From Octopus bimaculoides (Eukaryota), in NCBI RefSeq assembly GCF_001194135.2, contig NC_068985.1, positions 77,183,472 through 77,228,960 on the forward strand: 45,489 bases of DNA, read 5' to 3'. How positions within the stretch are numbered: the stretch's first letter is position 1; each line of letters starts with the position of its first letter. The notes under the pieces were generated by a model. The model worked only from the letters and a program-made list of their open reading frames with translations. It ran no database searches and was not told where the DNA came from. This document shows positions 35,662-45,489 of this stretch, piece by piece. The position numbers and the translations under genes were made by a program.

Positions 35662-35781
35662 ATGCTTACAGCACCTAGGTTTCCCAAGCGGCCACCCATC
35701 TAAGTACTCACTAGGCTCGACATTGCTTAACTTCGGTGACCGGACGAGAACCGGTGCTCTCAGCGTGATGTGGCCGTAAGC
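35662..35781 (-). rRNA. 5S rRNA class A in an inverted block, 4 substitutions
   Basis: Reverse complement GCTTACGGCCACATCACGCTGAGAGC...GCTGTAAGCATC with class A flanks on both sides. Confidence 0.8.
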
Positions 35782-36626
35782 GATTATCGACTTGCCTTTT
35801 AGTATGTTTATTCTAATAAACGACTAAATGCATGCACCTTTTAACATTTTACAATGTATACTTACTTTTGTCACAATTTTCAAATCTTTACTCTACTTTT
35901 CTTCTACCAGTTCACTATTGCATCGGCTGATCAAATTTTCTTTCTTTTATTCTAACTCACAAATACGCCACTAGCAACTAGCTTCACGCTCACTCGCTTT
36001 CAGATTTCACTTTGCCGCTGCCAATTAGTCAATAATCCTTCACTGTCATGCCACACTGCCCTTACTACTACTACTTGTGTCCCAATCTTACCCACAAATG
36101 ATCCTCAACACATCACCACACGTCATCACAAACTTATGCTCTGGCTATCCGCACCAATAGCAAATAGCTATGGATCTTCCTGTTTCGACGCTCGCCACAT
36201 CAACGTCCAGTATTTAGTAAGATTTTCCCGCTTGTGACTCGCCCAACTTTCATTTCACTTCCGTGGACTTTATGCTAATGGAAATGACTCTCTACGTGCA
36301 TATTACTAAAGGCGGCATCAAGTCTAGGGATTGGTGCATGATGGGACACTTTACAGCGAGCGATGTTGTCGGAGGTAAACAAGCAATGCTGCTTATGACA
36401 ACAATCTTCATCGAAAGTATGCTAATTGCAAGTGGCCGGCAGTGAACGGTTGAACGCCTCTTGCAATAGAAGCGAGTGAAACGAAAAAAAGAGAGAACTG
36501 GTAGAAGAAAAGTAGAGTAAAGATTTGAAAATAGTGACAAAAGTGAGTATAAATTCTAAAACGTTATAAGGTGCTTGCATTTAGTCGTTTATTAGAATAA
36601 AGGTACTAAAAGGCAGGTTGGTAATC

Positions 36627-36745
36627 GCTTACCGCCATATCACGCTGAGAGCACCGGTCTCGTCCGATCACCGAAGTTAAGGAACGTCGAGCCTAGTGAG
36701 TACTTAGATGGGTGACCGCTTGGGAAACCTAGGTTCTGTAAGCAT
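36627..36745 (+). pseudogene. 5S rRNA class A, 1-nt deletion plus substitutions
   Basis: ACCGGTCTCG (one T lost), G7C, C57G, G110T. Confidence 0.75.
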
Positions 36746-37291
36746 CGCACAATTTTTGTTTAATGTTATTACTTAAAAAAAAGTTTTATAAGTTTTCACC
36801 TATGCCTCTGGCAGCTGAAATTTCAAAGAATCTTTAGAGTAGATTTTATATTTTCTTTTCCTTCTTCTCTCTCTTTTTTTCATTTCACTCGCTTCTATTG
36901 CAAGAGGAGTTCAACCGTTCACTGCTGCAGTTGTCTGCTCTATGCTACTTTCAACATTTGCACATATAGGAGAGCCGATCAAATTGACTCTGCCCATAAG
37001 TATGAGTAAAATGAAGTTTAATCGTGGAGCTCGATTCACCAGGGAGCCAATATACTTAAGTAAGAATTAGCGAAAGCCGCATGAAACTAGAAGCGGGTGG
37101 TGGCCTGGACTATATGACTAAGCAAACATTGGCAACAGTTATTTCACTTTGCAGAATAAAGCTGTGAAAGTGCAGTGAGAGAAAAGCATGGAAATTGGTG
37201 CCTGTAAATATGTATATCTGTGTGCGATGCAAAAGCGAAGGAAGAGACAGACTTGAAGTAGAGAATACTTCTGAAATAAAAGAAGAGAAAA

Positions 37292-37411
37292 GTGTTTACA
37301 GCACCTAGTCTTCACAAGCGGTCACCCATCTAAGTACTAACTAGGCTTGACTTTGCTTAACTTCGGCGATCGGACGAGAACCGGTGTTTTCAAAGTGATA
37401 TGACCGTGAAC
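37292..37411 (-). pseudogene. 5S rRNA class B, several substitutions
   Basis: C9T, A45G, G64A, G98T, A102G, C103A. Confidence 0.75.
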
Positions 37412-37597
37412 GATAGAGAGGTGTCATTCGAACCGTTTTCTGNNNNNNNNNNNNNNNNNNNNNNNNNNNNNNNNNNNNNNNNNNNNNNNNNNNNNNNNNN
37501 NNNNNNNNNNNNNNNNNNNNNNNNNNNNNNNNNNNNNNNNNNGAAAGAAGAGACAGACTTGAAGTAGAGAATACTTCTGAAATAAAAGAATGAAAAG

Positions 37598-37717
37598 ATG
37601 TTTACAGCACCTAGGTTTCCCAAGCGTTCACCCATCTAAGTACTCACTAGGCTCGACTTTGCTTAACTTCGGTGATCGGACGAGAACCGGTGTTTTCAAA
37701 GTGATATGGCCGTAAAG
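37598..37717 (-). rRNA. 5S rRNA class B, near-consensus but carrying class A G73
   Basis: G1C, C91A, G73. Confidence 0.82.
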
Positions 37718-38526
37718 GATAGAGTGGTGTCATTCGAACCGTTCTCTGTAATACACCGTCTGAACATAGGAAATCGTTGTGTGGTTATGAATTGAATTTT
37801 GTTATCTTGTATGTGTATTACTGAGTTTTATTTTACTCACATCTCAGCATCTGTCGCTTTGTCTCTGCCGGCCTGTTGCAATTAGCATACTTTCGGTGAA
37901 GATTGTTGTCATAAGCAGCATTGCTTGTTTACCTCCGACATCGCTCGCTGTATAGTGTCCCATCATGCACCAGTCACTAGACTTGATTCGGGCTTTAGTA
38001 ATATGCACGTAGAGAGTCATTTCCACTAGCATAAAGTCCACGGAAGTGAAATGAAAGATGGGCGAGTCACAAGCGGTGAAATTTTGCTAAATACTGGACG
38101 TTGATGTGGCGAGCGTCGCGTCAGGAAGATCCATAGCAATTTGATATTGGTGCTGATAGCCAGAGAATTAGTTTGTGATGACGTGTGGTGATGTGTTGAG
38201 GAGCATTTGTGGGTAAGATTGGGACACAAGTAGTAGTAGTAAGGGCAGTGTCGCGTGACAGTGAAGTACTATTGACTAATTGGCAGCGGCAAAGTGAAAT
38301 CTGAAAGCGAGTGAGCGTGAAGCTAGTTGCTAGTGGTGTATTTGGGAGTTAGAATAAAAGAAAGAAAGAAAGTTTGATCAGCCGATGCAATAGTGAACTA
38401 GTAGAAGAAAAGTAGAGTAAAGATTTGAAAATTGTGACAAAAGTGAGTATAAATTTTAAAATGTTAAAAGCTGCTTGTATTTAGTCGTTTATTAGAATAA
38501 AGTTACTAAAAGGCAGGTCGATAACC

Positions 38527-38645
38527 GCTTACGGCCATATCACGCTGAGAGCACCGGTTCTCGTCCGATCACCGAATTAAGCAACATCGAGCCTAGTGAG
38601 TACTTAGATGGGTGACCGCTTGGGAAACCTAGGTGCTGTAAACAT
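38527..38645 (+). pseudogene. 5S rRNA class A, 1-nt deletion in box A, carrying class B A117
   Basis: ACCGAATTAAG (G51 lost), G61A, GCTGTAAAC end with a class A flank. Confidence 0.75.
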
Positions 38646-39879
38646 CGCGCAATTTTTGTTTAATGTTATTACTTAAAAAAAGTTTTATATGTTTTCACCT
38701 ATGCCTCTGGCAGCTGATATTTCAAAGAAACTTTAGAGTAGATTTTATATTTTCTTTTCCATCTTCTCTCTCTTTTTTTCATTTCACTCGCTTCCATTGC
38801 AAGAGGCGTTCAACCGTTCACTGCTGCAGTTGTCTGCTCTATGCTACTTTCAACATTTACACATGTAGGAGAGCCGATTAAATTGACTCTACCCATAAGT
38901 ATGAATAAAATGAAGTTTAATCGTCGAGCACGATTCACCAGGGAGCCAATAAATTGAAGTAAGAATTGGTGAAAGCCGCATGAAAGTAGAAGCGGATGGT
39001 GGCCAGGACTATATGACTATGCAAACATTGTTCAACAGTTATTTCACTTTGCTGAATAAAGCTGTGAAAGGGCAGTGAGAGCAAAGCATGGAAATTGGTG
39101 CCTGTAAATATGTATATTTGTGCGCGAGGCAAAAGCGAAAGAAGAGACAGACTTGAAGTAGAGAATACTTCTGAAATAAAAGAATGANNNNNNNNNNATG
39201 TTATTACTTAAAAAAAGTTTTATATGTTTTCACCTATGCCTCTGGCAGCTGAAATTTCAAAGAAACTTTAGAGTAGATTTTATATTTTCTTTTCCATCTT
39301 CTCTCTCTTTTTTTCATTTCACTCGCTTTCATTGCAAGAGGCGTTCAACCGATCACTGCTGCAGTTGCCTGCTCTATGCTACTTTCAACATTTACACATT
39401 TAGGAGAGCCGATCAAATACTTTCGATGAAGATTGTTGTCATAAGCAGCATTGCTTGTTTACCTCCGACAACATCGCTCACTCTAAAGTGTCCCATCATG
39501 CACCAGTCACTAGACTTGATGCGGGCTTTAGTTCTATGCTACTTTCAACATTTGTAGGAGAGCCGATCAAATTGACTCTGCCCATAAGTATGAGTAAAAT
39601 GAAGTTTAATCGTCGAGCACGATTCACCAGGGAGCCATTACACTGAAGTAAGAATTAGCGAAAGCCGCATGAAAGTAGAAGCGCCTGGTGGCCTGGACTA
39701 TATGACTAAGTAAACATTGGCAACAGTTATTTCACTTTGCATAATAAAGCTGTGAAAGTGAAGTGAGAGAAAAGCATGGAAATTGGTGCGTGTAAATATG
39801 TATATTTGTGTGCGAGGCAAAAGCGAAAGAAGAGACAGACTTGAAGTAGAGAATACTTCTGAAATAAAAGAATGGAATG

Positions 39880-39951
39880 ATGTTTACAGCACCTAGGTTT
39901 CCCAAGCGGTCACCCATCTAAGTACTAATTAGTCTCGACATTGCTTAACTT
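39880..39951 (-). pseudogene. 5S fragment, 3' 72 nt with class B end, truncated at a rearrangement junction
   Basis: GATGTTTACAGCACC...TTGCTTAACTT joins the class A downstream flank. Confidence 0.8.
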
Positions 39952-40843
39952 TAAAAATGTTTTATAAGTTATCACCTATGCCTCTGGCAGCTGAAATTTC
40001 AAAGAAACTTTAGAGTTGATTTTATATATTCTTTTCCTTCTTCTCTCTCTCTTTTTTTTTTTTTCATTTCACTCGGTTCTATTGCAAGCGGCCTCAACCG
40101 GTCAGTGCTGCAGTTGCCTGCTCTATGCTACTTTTATACTCACTTTTGTCACAATTTACAAATCATTACTCTACTTTTCTCCTACCAGTTCACTATTGCA
40201 TCGGCTGAGCAAACTTTATTTCTTTCTTTTATTCTAACTCCCAAATACACCACTAGCAACTAGCTTCACGCTTACTCGCTTTCAGATTTCACTTTACCTC
40301 TGCCAATTAGTCAATAGTACTTCACTATCACGACTCACTGCCCTTACTACTACTACTTGTGTCCCAATCTTACCCACAAATGCTCCTCAACACATCACCA
40401 CACGTCATCACAAACTTATGCTCTGGCTATCAACGCCAATAGCAAATAGCTATGGATCTTCCAGTATTTAGCAAAATATCCCCGCTTGTGACTAGCCCAT
40501 CTTTCATTTCTCTTCCGTGGACTTTATGTTAGTAGAAACGACTCTCTACATTCATATTACTAAAGCCCGCATCAAGTCTAGTGACTGGTGCATGATGGGA
40601 CACTTTACAGCGAGCGATGTTGTCGGAGGTAAACAAGCAATGCTGCTTATGACAACAATCTTCATCGAAAGTTTGCTAATTGCAACTGGCCGGCAAAGAC
40701 AAAGCGACAGATGCTGAGATGTGAGTAAAATAAATCTTAGTAATACACATACAAGATAACAAAATTCAATTCATAACCACAAAACGATTTCCTATGTTCA
40801 GACGCTGTATTACAGAATACGGTTCGAATGACACTTCTCTATC

Positions 40844-40963
40844 GTTTACGGCCATATCACTTTGAAAACACCGGTTCTCGTCCGATTACCGAAGTTAAGC
40901 AAAGTCGTGCCTAGATAGTACTTAGATGGGTGAGCGCTTGGGAAACCTAGGTGCTGTAAGCAT
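40844..40963 (+). rRNA. 5S rRNA class B in an inverted unit
   Basis: GTTTACGGCCATATCACTTTGAAAACACC...GCTGTAAGCATCTTTCC with class B flanks; G117. Confidence 0.8.
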
Positions 40964-41494
40964 CTTTCCATTCTTTTATTTCATTAGTATTCTAGCAGTG
41001 TACTCTACTTCAAGTCTGTCTCATCTTTCGCTTTTGCCTCGCAGACAAATATACATATTTGCAGGCACCAATTTCCATGCTTTTCTCTCACAGCTTTATT
41101 CTCCAAAGTGAAATAACTGTTGCCAATATTTGCTTAGTCATTGAGTCCTGGCCACCACCCTCTTCTAGTTTTATGCGGCTTTCGCTAATTCTTTCTTCAG
41201 TATATTGGCGCCCTGGTGAATCGTGCTCGACGAGTAAACTTCATTTTATTCATACTTAGGAGAGTCAATTTGATCGGCTCTCCTACATGTGCAAATGTTG
41301 AAAGTAGCATAGAGCAGGCAAATGCAGCAGTGAACGTTTGACGCCTCTTGCAATAGAAGCCAGTGAAATGAAAAAAAGAGAGAGAAGAAGGAAAAGAAAA
41401 TATAAAATCTACTCTATAGTTTCTTTGAAATATCAGCTGCCAGATGCATAGGTGGAAACATATAAAACTTTTTAAAAGGATTAAATTGTGTGCG

Positions 41495-41584
41495 GTGCGT
41501 ACAGCACCTAGGTTTACCAAGCGGTCACCCATCTAAGTACTCACTAGGCTCGACGTTGCTTAACTTCGGTGATCGGACGAGAAC
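41495..41584 (-). pseudogene. 5S class A fragment, 5' 30 nt missing
   Basis: CAACG and G73; homology stops at GAGAAC. Confidence 0.78.
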
Positions 41585-42210
41585 TGTTGCTCGTTGTAAA
41601 TCATGGAAATTGGTGCCTGCAAACATGTATATTTGTGTCCGAAGCAAAAGCAGACACAGATTTGAAATGATATGCGCCTAGAGCATGATACCCACTGAAG
41701 TGAAGTGAAACAACGGCGATCCAGCAAGGCAGCAAGAGTCCAAATTTTGCTAATTGCTGGTCGTTATTGTTGTAGCATTGTGTTAGGAAGATTCATCGGT
41801 ATTTCGTATTGGTGAGATAGCCTTAGAATAAGTTTGTTATGATGAGTTCGGGGCTGTAGTGATGGGTTTAATTGAAGATCATGTGGGTGTAAGTTTGCCA
41901 CATAGTAGTAGTAACGGTAGTGTTACCTGTGAGTGAAGCCCTATTCACGAAATTGGCAGCGGCAAAGTAAAATTTGCAAGCGAATGAATGAGCGCGAGTC
42001 TATCTGCCAATGGCGTACTGTGGGTGCTAGTTAGAAGAAAAAAAAGAAAGAAATTTGCTCAGTTCATGCAATAGGGAGCAGGTAGAAGAAAAGTAGTGTA
42101 AAGTTTTGAAAACTGTGAGGAAAGTGAGATTACATTGTAAAATGAAACAAAAGAAAGCTTGCATTTAGTTGTTTATTAGAATAAATGTACTAAAATGCTC
42201 GTTGCAAACT

Positions 42211-42330
42211 GCTTGCGACTATATAACTTTGAAAGCAACGGTTCTCGTCGGATCACCGATGTTAAGCAACGTCGCGCCTAGTGAGTGCTTAGATAGGTGA
42301 CTGCTTGGGAATCGTAGGTGCTGTAAGCGT
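42211..42330 (+). pseudogene. Diverged terminal 5S copy
   Basis: GCTTGCGACTATATAACTTTGAAAGCAACGG...GGTGCTGTAAGCGT, with many uncompensated changes. Confidence 0.8.
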
Positions 42331-42439
42331 CTCACACATTTTATTATTTGTCTTTTTTTTTTTTTAATTTTTCAAGTTTTCATCTATGTTGCTCGCATGT
42401 TTCAAAGTACAGTGGATTTTAAACTGACATTGAAGAAAG

Positions 42440-42957
42440 GAGTTCCAATCATGCTTTCGAAAAATCATGATCCTCCAAAGCTGTGCAATGACTGATTGTC
42501 AGCCAAATGCATCCACATCTTCTGGAAGCAACAATCTTCCCTGGACAAGGAAAGGGAGAAAATGTGTTTATCCAAGAATTCCACTGATTCCAGAAGATAT
42601 GCCCTTTGAATTCAAGAGAGTTCAATTTCCAGTAAGAGTTAGTTTTGCAATGCAATTAACAAGAGTCAAGGACAATCACCTCACACAGTAGTGCTTTTCC
42701 CATGATCAGCTCTATGTTGGTTGGTCCCGAGTTGGAAAAGGCAACCTCTTCATACTCGCACCAAATGGTAAAACCAAGGATGTTGTTTCTTCTGCTGCTT
42801 TACAGTGATCTCCAAATGTCACAGTGATACAATTTTTTCCAAATATGATACTCTATGATATAAATCTGATATGGTAGGGTACCAATAAATGCTTTGTTAT
42901 TATTGACCTCTTTTTAGTTTTGGGCAGGAGGCCCAATTAGACTTCCGCAGGAGCTAG
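42440..42957 (+). mobile_element. Helitron 3' fragment: PIF1-like helicase C-terminus plus candidate hairpin-CTAG end
   Basis: PRIPLIPEDMPFEFKRVQFPVRVSFAM/INKSQGQS...HDQLYVGWSRVG...NLFILAPNGKTKDVV. Hairpin TTGGGC-AGGAG-GCCCAA at 42920-42936, then CTAG at 42954-42957 followed by T. Confidence 0.8.
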
Positions 42958-43299
42958 TGTATAATAAGAAAAGGAAGAGGATTTAGGTCCATATTGGGGG
43001 TAAAAATCTATATTACATATATATTAAGTAATACTTTTATATTTACAGTATATATTAAAATATGGTACTAATGTATATATATTAACAGCTAATATTGGAG
43101 CTATGCATGGGGAAGAATAACCGCCTGACTTCCTAAATTACTATGAAAGAAATATATACGGGAATCAGTAGACATTACGTAACAAGTTTAAAGTATGCAA
43201 GCACTCTTCTAGTATGATGCAAACAGTTAAGCCTGAGTTCGGTTTTTATTAAGGAGGTTACCTTGATATATTAATATTTCATACACTTCAGTGCAGCAT

Positions 43300-43348
43300 A
43301 GTCTATATGCATGTGTTTGTGCTGGCGTGCGTGCGTGTGTGTATGTAT

Positions 43349-43394
<46 letters not shown>

Positions 43395-43395
43395 G

Positions 43396-43440
<45 letters not shown>

Positions 43441-43455
43441 GTGTGTGTGCATATG
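43300..43455. repeat. (GT)n compound microsatellite
   Basis: Direct reading. Confidence 0.9.
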
Positions 43456-44479
43456 CGATCACTTCGAAAGCTGATGCTTGGTACACGCGATCACTTCGAC
43501 ACATTTTCAAAATAAGCAACTTTTATGACAGTTTCAGTTTCATGACCTGTATTTGGAGTAATTCTACTATCTGGCATTTCATCTGTCGGTGGTACAAAGT
43601 CAGGCATCGGACCGCTAATGATTAAATCAGCCGTATTTAAACCATGATCGTTGTTGGTATATGCATTTGAGCATGAGACCATTGTGTTGTTGTTGTTTGT
43701 TGGTTGGAGCCGTCTATTAATATTACATCTAACATAATTTCTGTCACTAGTACTGTTTGAGATTGTAGTACTTTTACTAGTTTTTATAGGACGACTCCAT
43801 ATTTCTGGTTTTATTTTCTCCTGTTAGTTTATTACGAGCTAGTGTAATATTCTGCCTATGTAAAATTGCCATTACAGTACCTAGATTTTTCTTCTATAGA
43901 AAATATGGCTCTACCAGTTACAGTGGGGGAATGTTTCTCTAATATATGGAACAGTTTATTATAAATATTGGTAGTTATTGCAATAGTAAAAGATAGATTG
44001 TATCAGATTGTGTAATCATTAGTAATTTATTGTAATAATACCTATTATGGTGTTTAACTCAGTGTTTCTGTATATTATGCAACTCACATTATTATTGATA
44101 ATATGGTTGTTATGGCCATTTCATTACTAGCGGAAGTTGTGTAACAGTTAGAACATCGTGATTCGCTACTACTTTGTTAACGTTTTTAACATTAATGTCG
44201 TTACTAATATTAGTGCTAATATTCCCATCTCAGTCATTAGAATTATTAATATACTTGGCCATTATTATTCAACTAATTAGAATTATTGTTGCTGTTGAAG
44301 ATCTTGTAACTGTTACTGCCGTTGTTGCTATCGCAATTCAGCTTTATATTGCTTGTTAGTTCAGCCGTAGGTTTTCAAATATTATACTTGCAAGAGTTTC
44401 ACAAATCATTGAACTGCTTCGCATTGTAACTACCTAGTACTCCCCTAGTATTAGATTTATCATTAATAAGTTGAGGATT

Positions 44480-44800
44480 GCCGGATTGGTCATAGGTGGC
44501 TTTATCTTCTATATGTAAGAACACAATATTTTGCTTGTAGCTAACCTTGAACAGAGTAGAGTTATGATAATGGGCATGCTAATTGCAAACATCCACATTG
44601 GTAGAGAGCTGTGTGATCGTAGTTGATATGCCTTTTACAAGTGAGTTGATTACACAAGGTGGATGATTGCATAACCAGTTTACATCACTGATGATTTCGT
44701 CGGGTTTTATGTTGGAGTAGTACAACTCCAGAAAATTAGAATCATGCTCATAGGTAATATTTAGGTTGTAATTCCCAATGATTCTGGAATCGGGGGGGGG
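44480..44800 (-). mobile_element. Penelope-like RT C-terminal relic
   Basis: NFLELYYSNIKPDEIISDVNWLCNHPPCVINSLVKGISTTITQLSTN resembles Penelope NFLD...YxKP.....YVN..SNHPP.I...LPK.I..RLS.LSSN. Confidence 0.6.
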
Positions 44801-45489
44801 GGCTCCCCCCTTTTTTTCCGAACGAAAATAAGGGATTTGCAGCATATTAGGAGGTCAGGGTACTTGATTCCACGCAAAAAATCCGAGTTTTCTCTTTTTT
44901 CTTAGTGAAAATCGTGCGGGTGTTAATCTAACAATTTACCCTTTGTTTTCCTTCCTTGCCATTGCTAGACAGATGACTTAACTCATATAAACAAACTTAC
45001 GGATTTCACCGACGTAGAAATTGGCAAAAGTTATGATGGTTGAAAATCGATTTTTACCACTATCCGTGTGTGCCTCGGGGAAAATAAGTTGACAAAAACA
45101 CAGCCATGATTGTTACCAATGTCCTAAAGTTGGAGCGACATGCGTGCTAATTTGTGGATGCGCATAAATTACATTCACGTACATGCACACATTTCCTGCC
45201 TTTAATAGATAAATAGATTGATAAATAAGTGACTTAAAATAAATATATTTTAATTGTTGGGTGAGAAAGTATATATAATCTGATTATAAAATATAGTGTC
45301 TTTCAAAAATATCTTAAATTTGAAGACTATATCTCGTGTTTAAGAAAAAAAAACATTTTACATTTTTACTTTTGATGAACGCTGTCACTCTGTCCCTCAC
45401 ACACACTCTCTTTACATTTTTTTTGTTAGACGCTGTCAAACTCTCTCTCTCTCCACACACACATGCATCAACACACAACGTCTCCCCCC

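Larger units (their letters stand above)
29540..42345. repeat. 5S rDNA tandem array; 1596-bp unit = 813-bp divergent spacer + class A 5S (+) + 543-bp convergent spacer + class B 5S (-)
   Basis: One gap-free unit spans 32596-34191. The same spacers recur throughout, partly inverted. Confidence 0.93.

Noticed and set aside
35780-35810. GCCTTTTAG resembling U5 snRNA loop 1; also searched the spacers by eye for U1, U2, U4 and U6, since 5S-snRNA linkage is known in bivalves
   Set aside because: One mismatch, no flanking stem and no Sm site. No snRNA 5' sequences were found.
31064-40717. Recurrent 60-120 aa ORFs in the 5S spacers (e.g. MDFMLVEMTLYVHITK...)
   Set aside because: They recur only because the spacer is repeated. 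Start, stop and frame vary among copies.
40815-40835. GGTTCGAAT as a tRNA T-loop upstream of class B 5S
   Set aside because: No T-stem pairing, no A box and no cloverleaf.
29540-42345. CRISPR-like or SINE3 interpretation of the repeated 120-bp units
   Set aside because: The repeats are full 5S genes with constant spacers in a eukaryotic context. No unique spacers, cas genes, LINE-like tails or TSDs.
6182-43625. His/Thr-, Cys/Val- and Tyr/Met-rich ORFs and X-filled ORFs in the track
   Set aside because: Translations of microsatellites and N-gaps.

Overview
AT-rich, repeat-dense eukaryotic scaffold with nine N-gaps. It is most likely cephalopod (Octopus-like), inferred from the mollusc-type 5S sequence and the SINE families and not verified by a search. 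There are three parts. (1) Positions 1-19.2 kb hold two tandem paralogous genes with single-exon CDSs, 3885-6128 (747 aa) and 16984-19197 (737 aa). Each encodes an unrecognised protein with a signal peptide, a Cys-containing ectodomain and about 8-10 hydrophobic segments. They sit among a deleted mariner with 111-bp TIRs, tRNA-derived SINEs, and R4/Dong, Hero and Penelope relics. (2) Positions 19.9-29.5 kb hold a decayed near-full-length RTE LINE with three C-terminal zinc-finger motifs and an R4/Dong LINE. (3) Positions 29.5-42.3 kb are a 5S rDNA array with 12 full-length and 3 partial visible copies. Its 1596-bp unit carries two different 5S classes on opposite strands. The classes differ by compensatory base pairs, and the array shows A/B chimeras, inversions, microhomology junctions and an older spacer haplotype at both edges. 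A Helitron 3' fragment and a Penelope relic follow. The best candidates for something undescribed are the dual-class bidirectional 5S unit and the orphan receptor-like gene pair. All alignments were done by eye.
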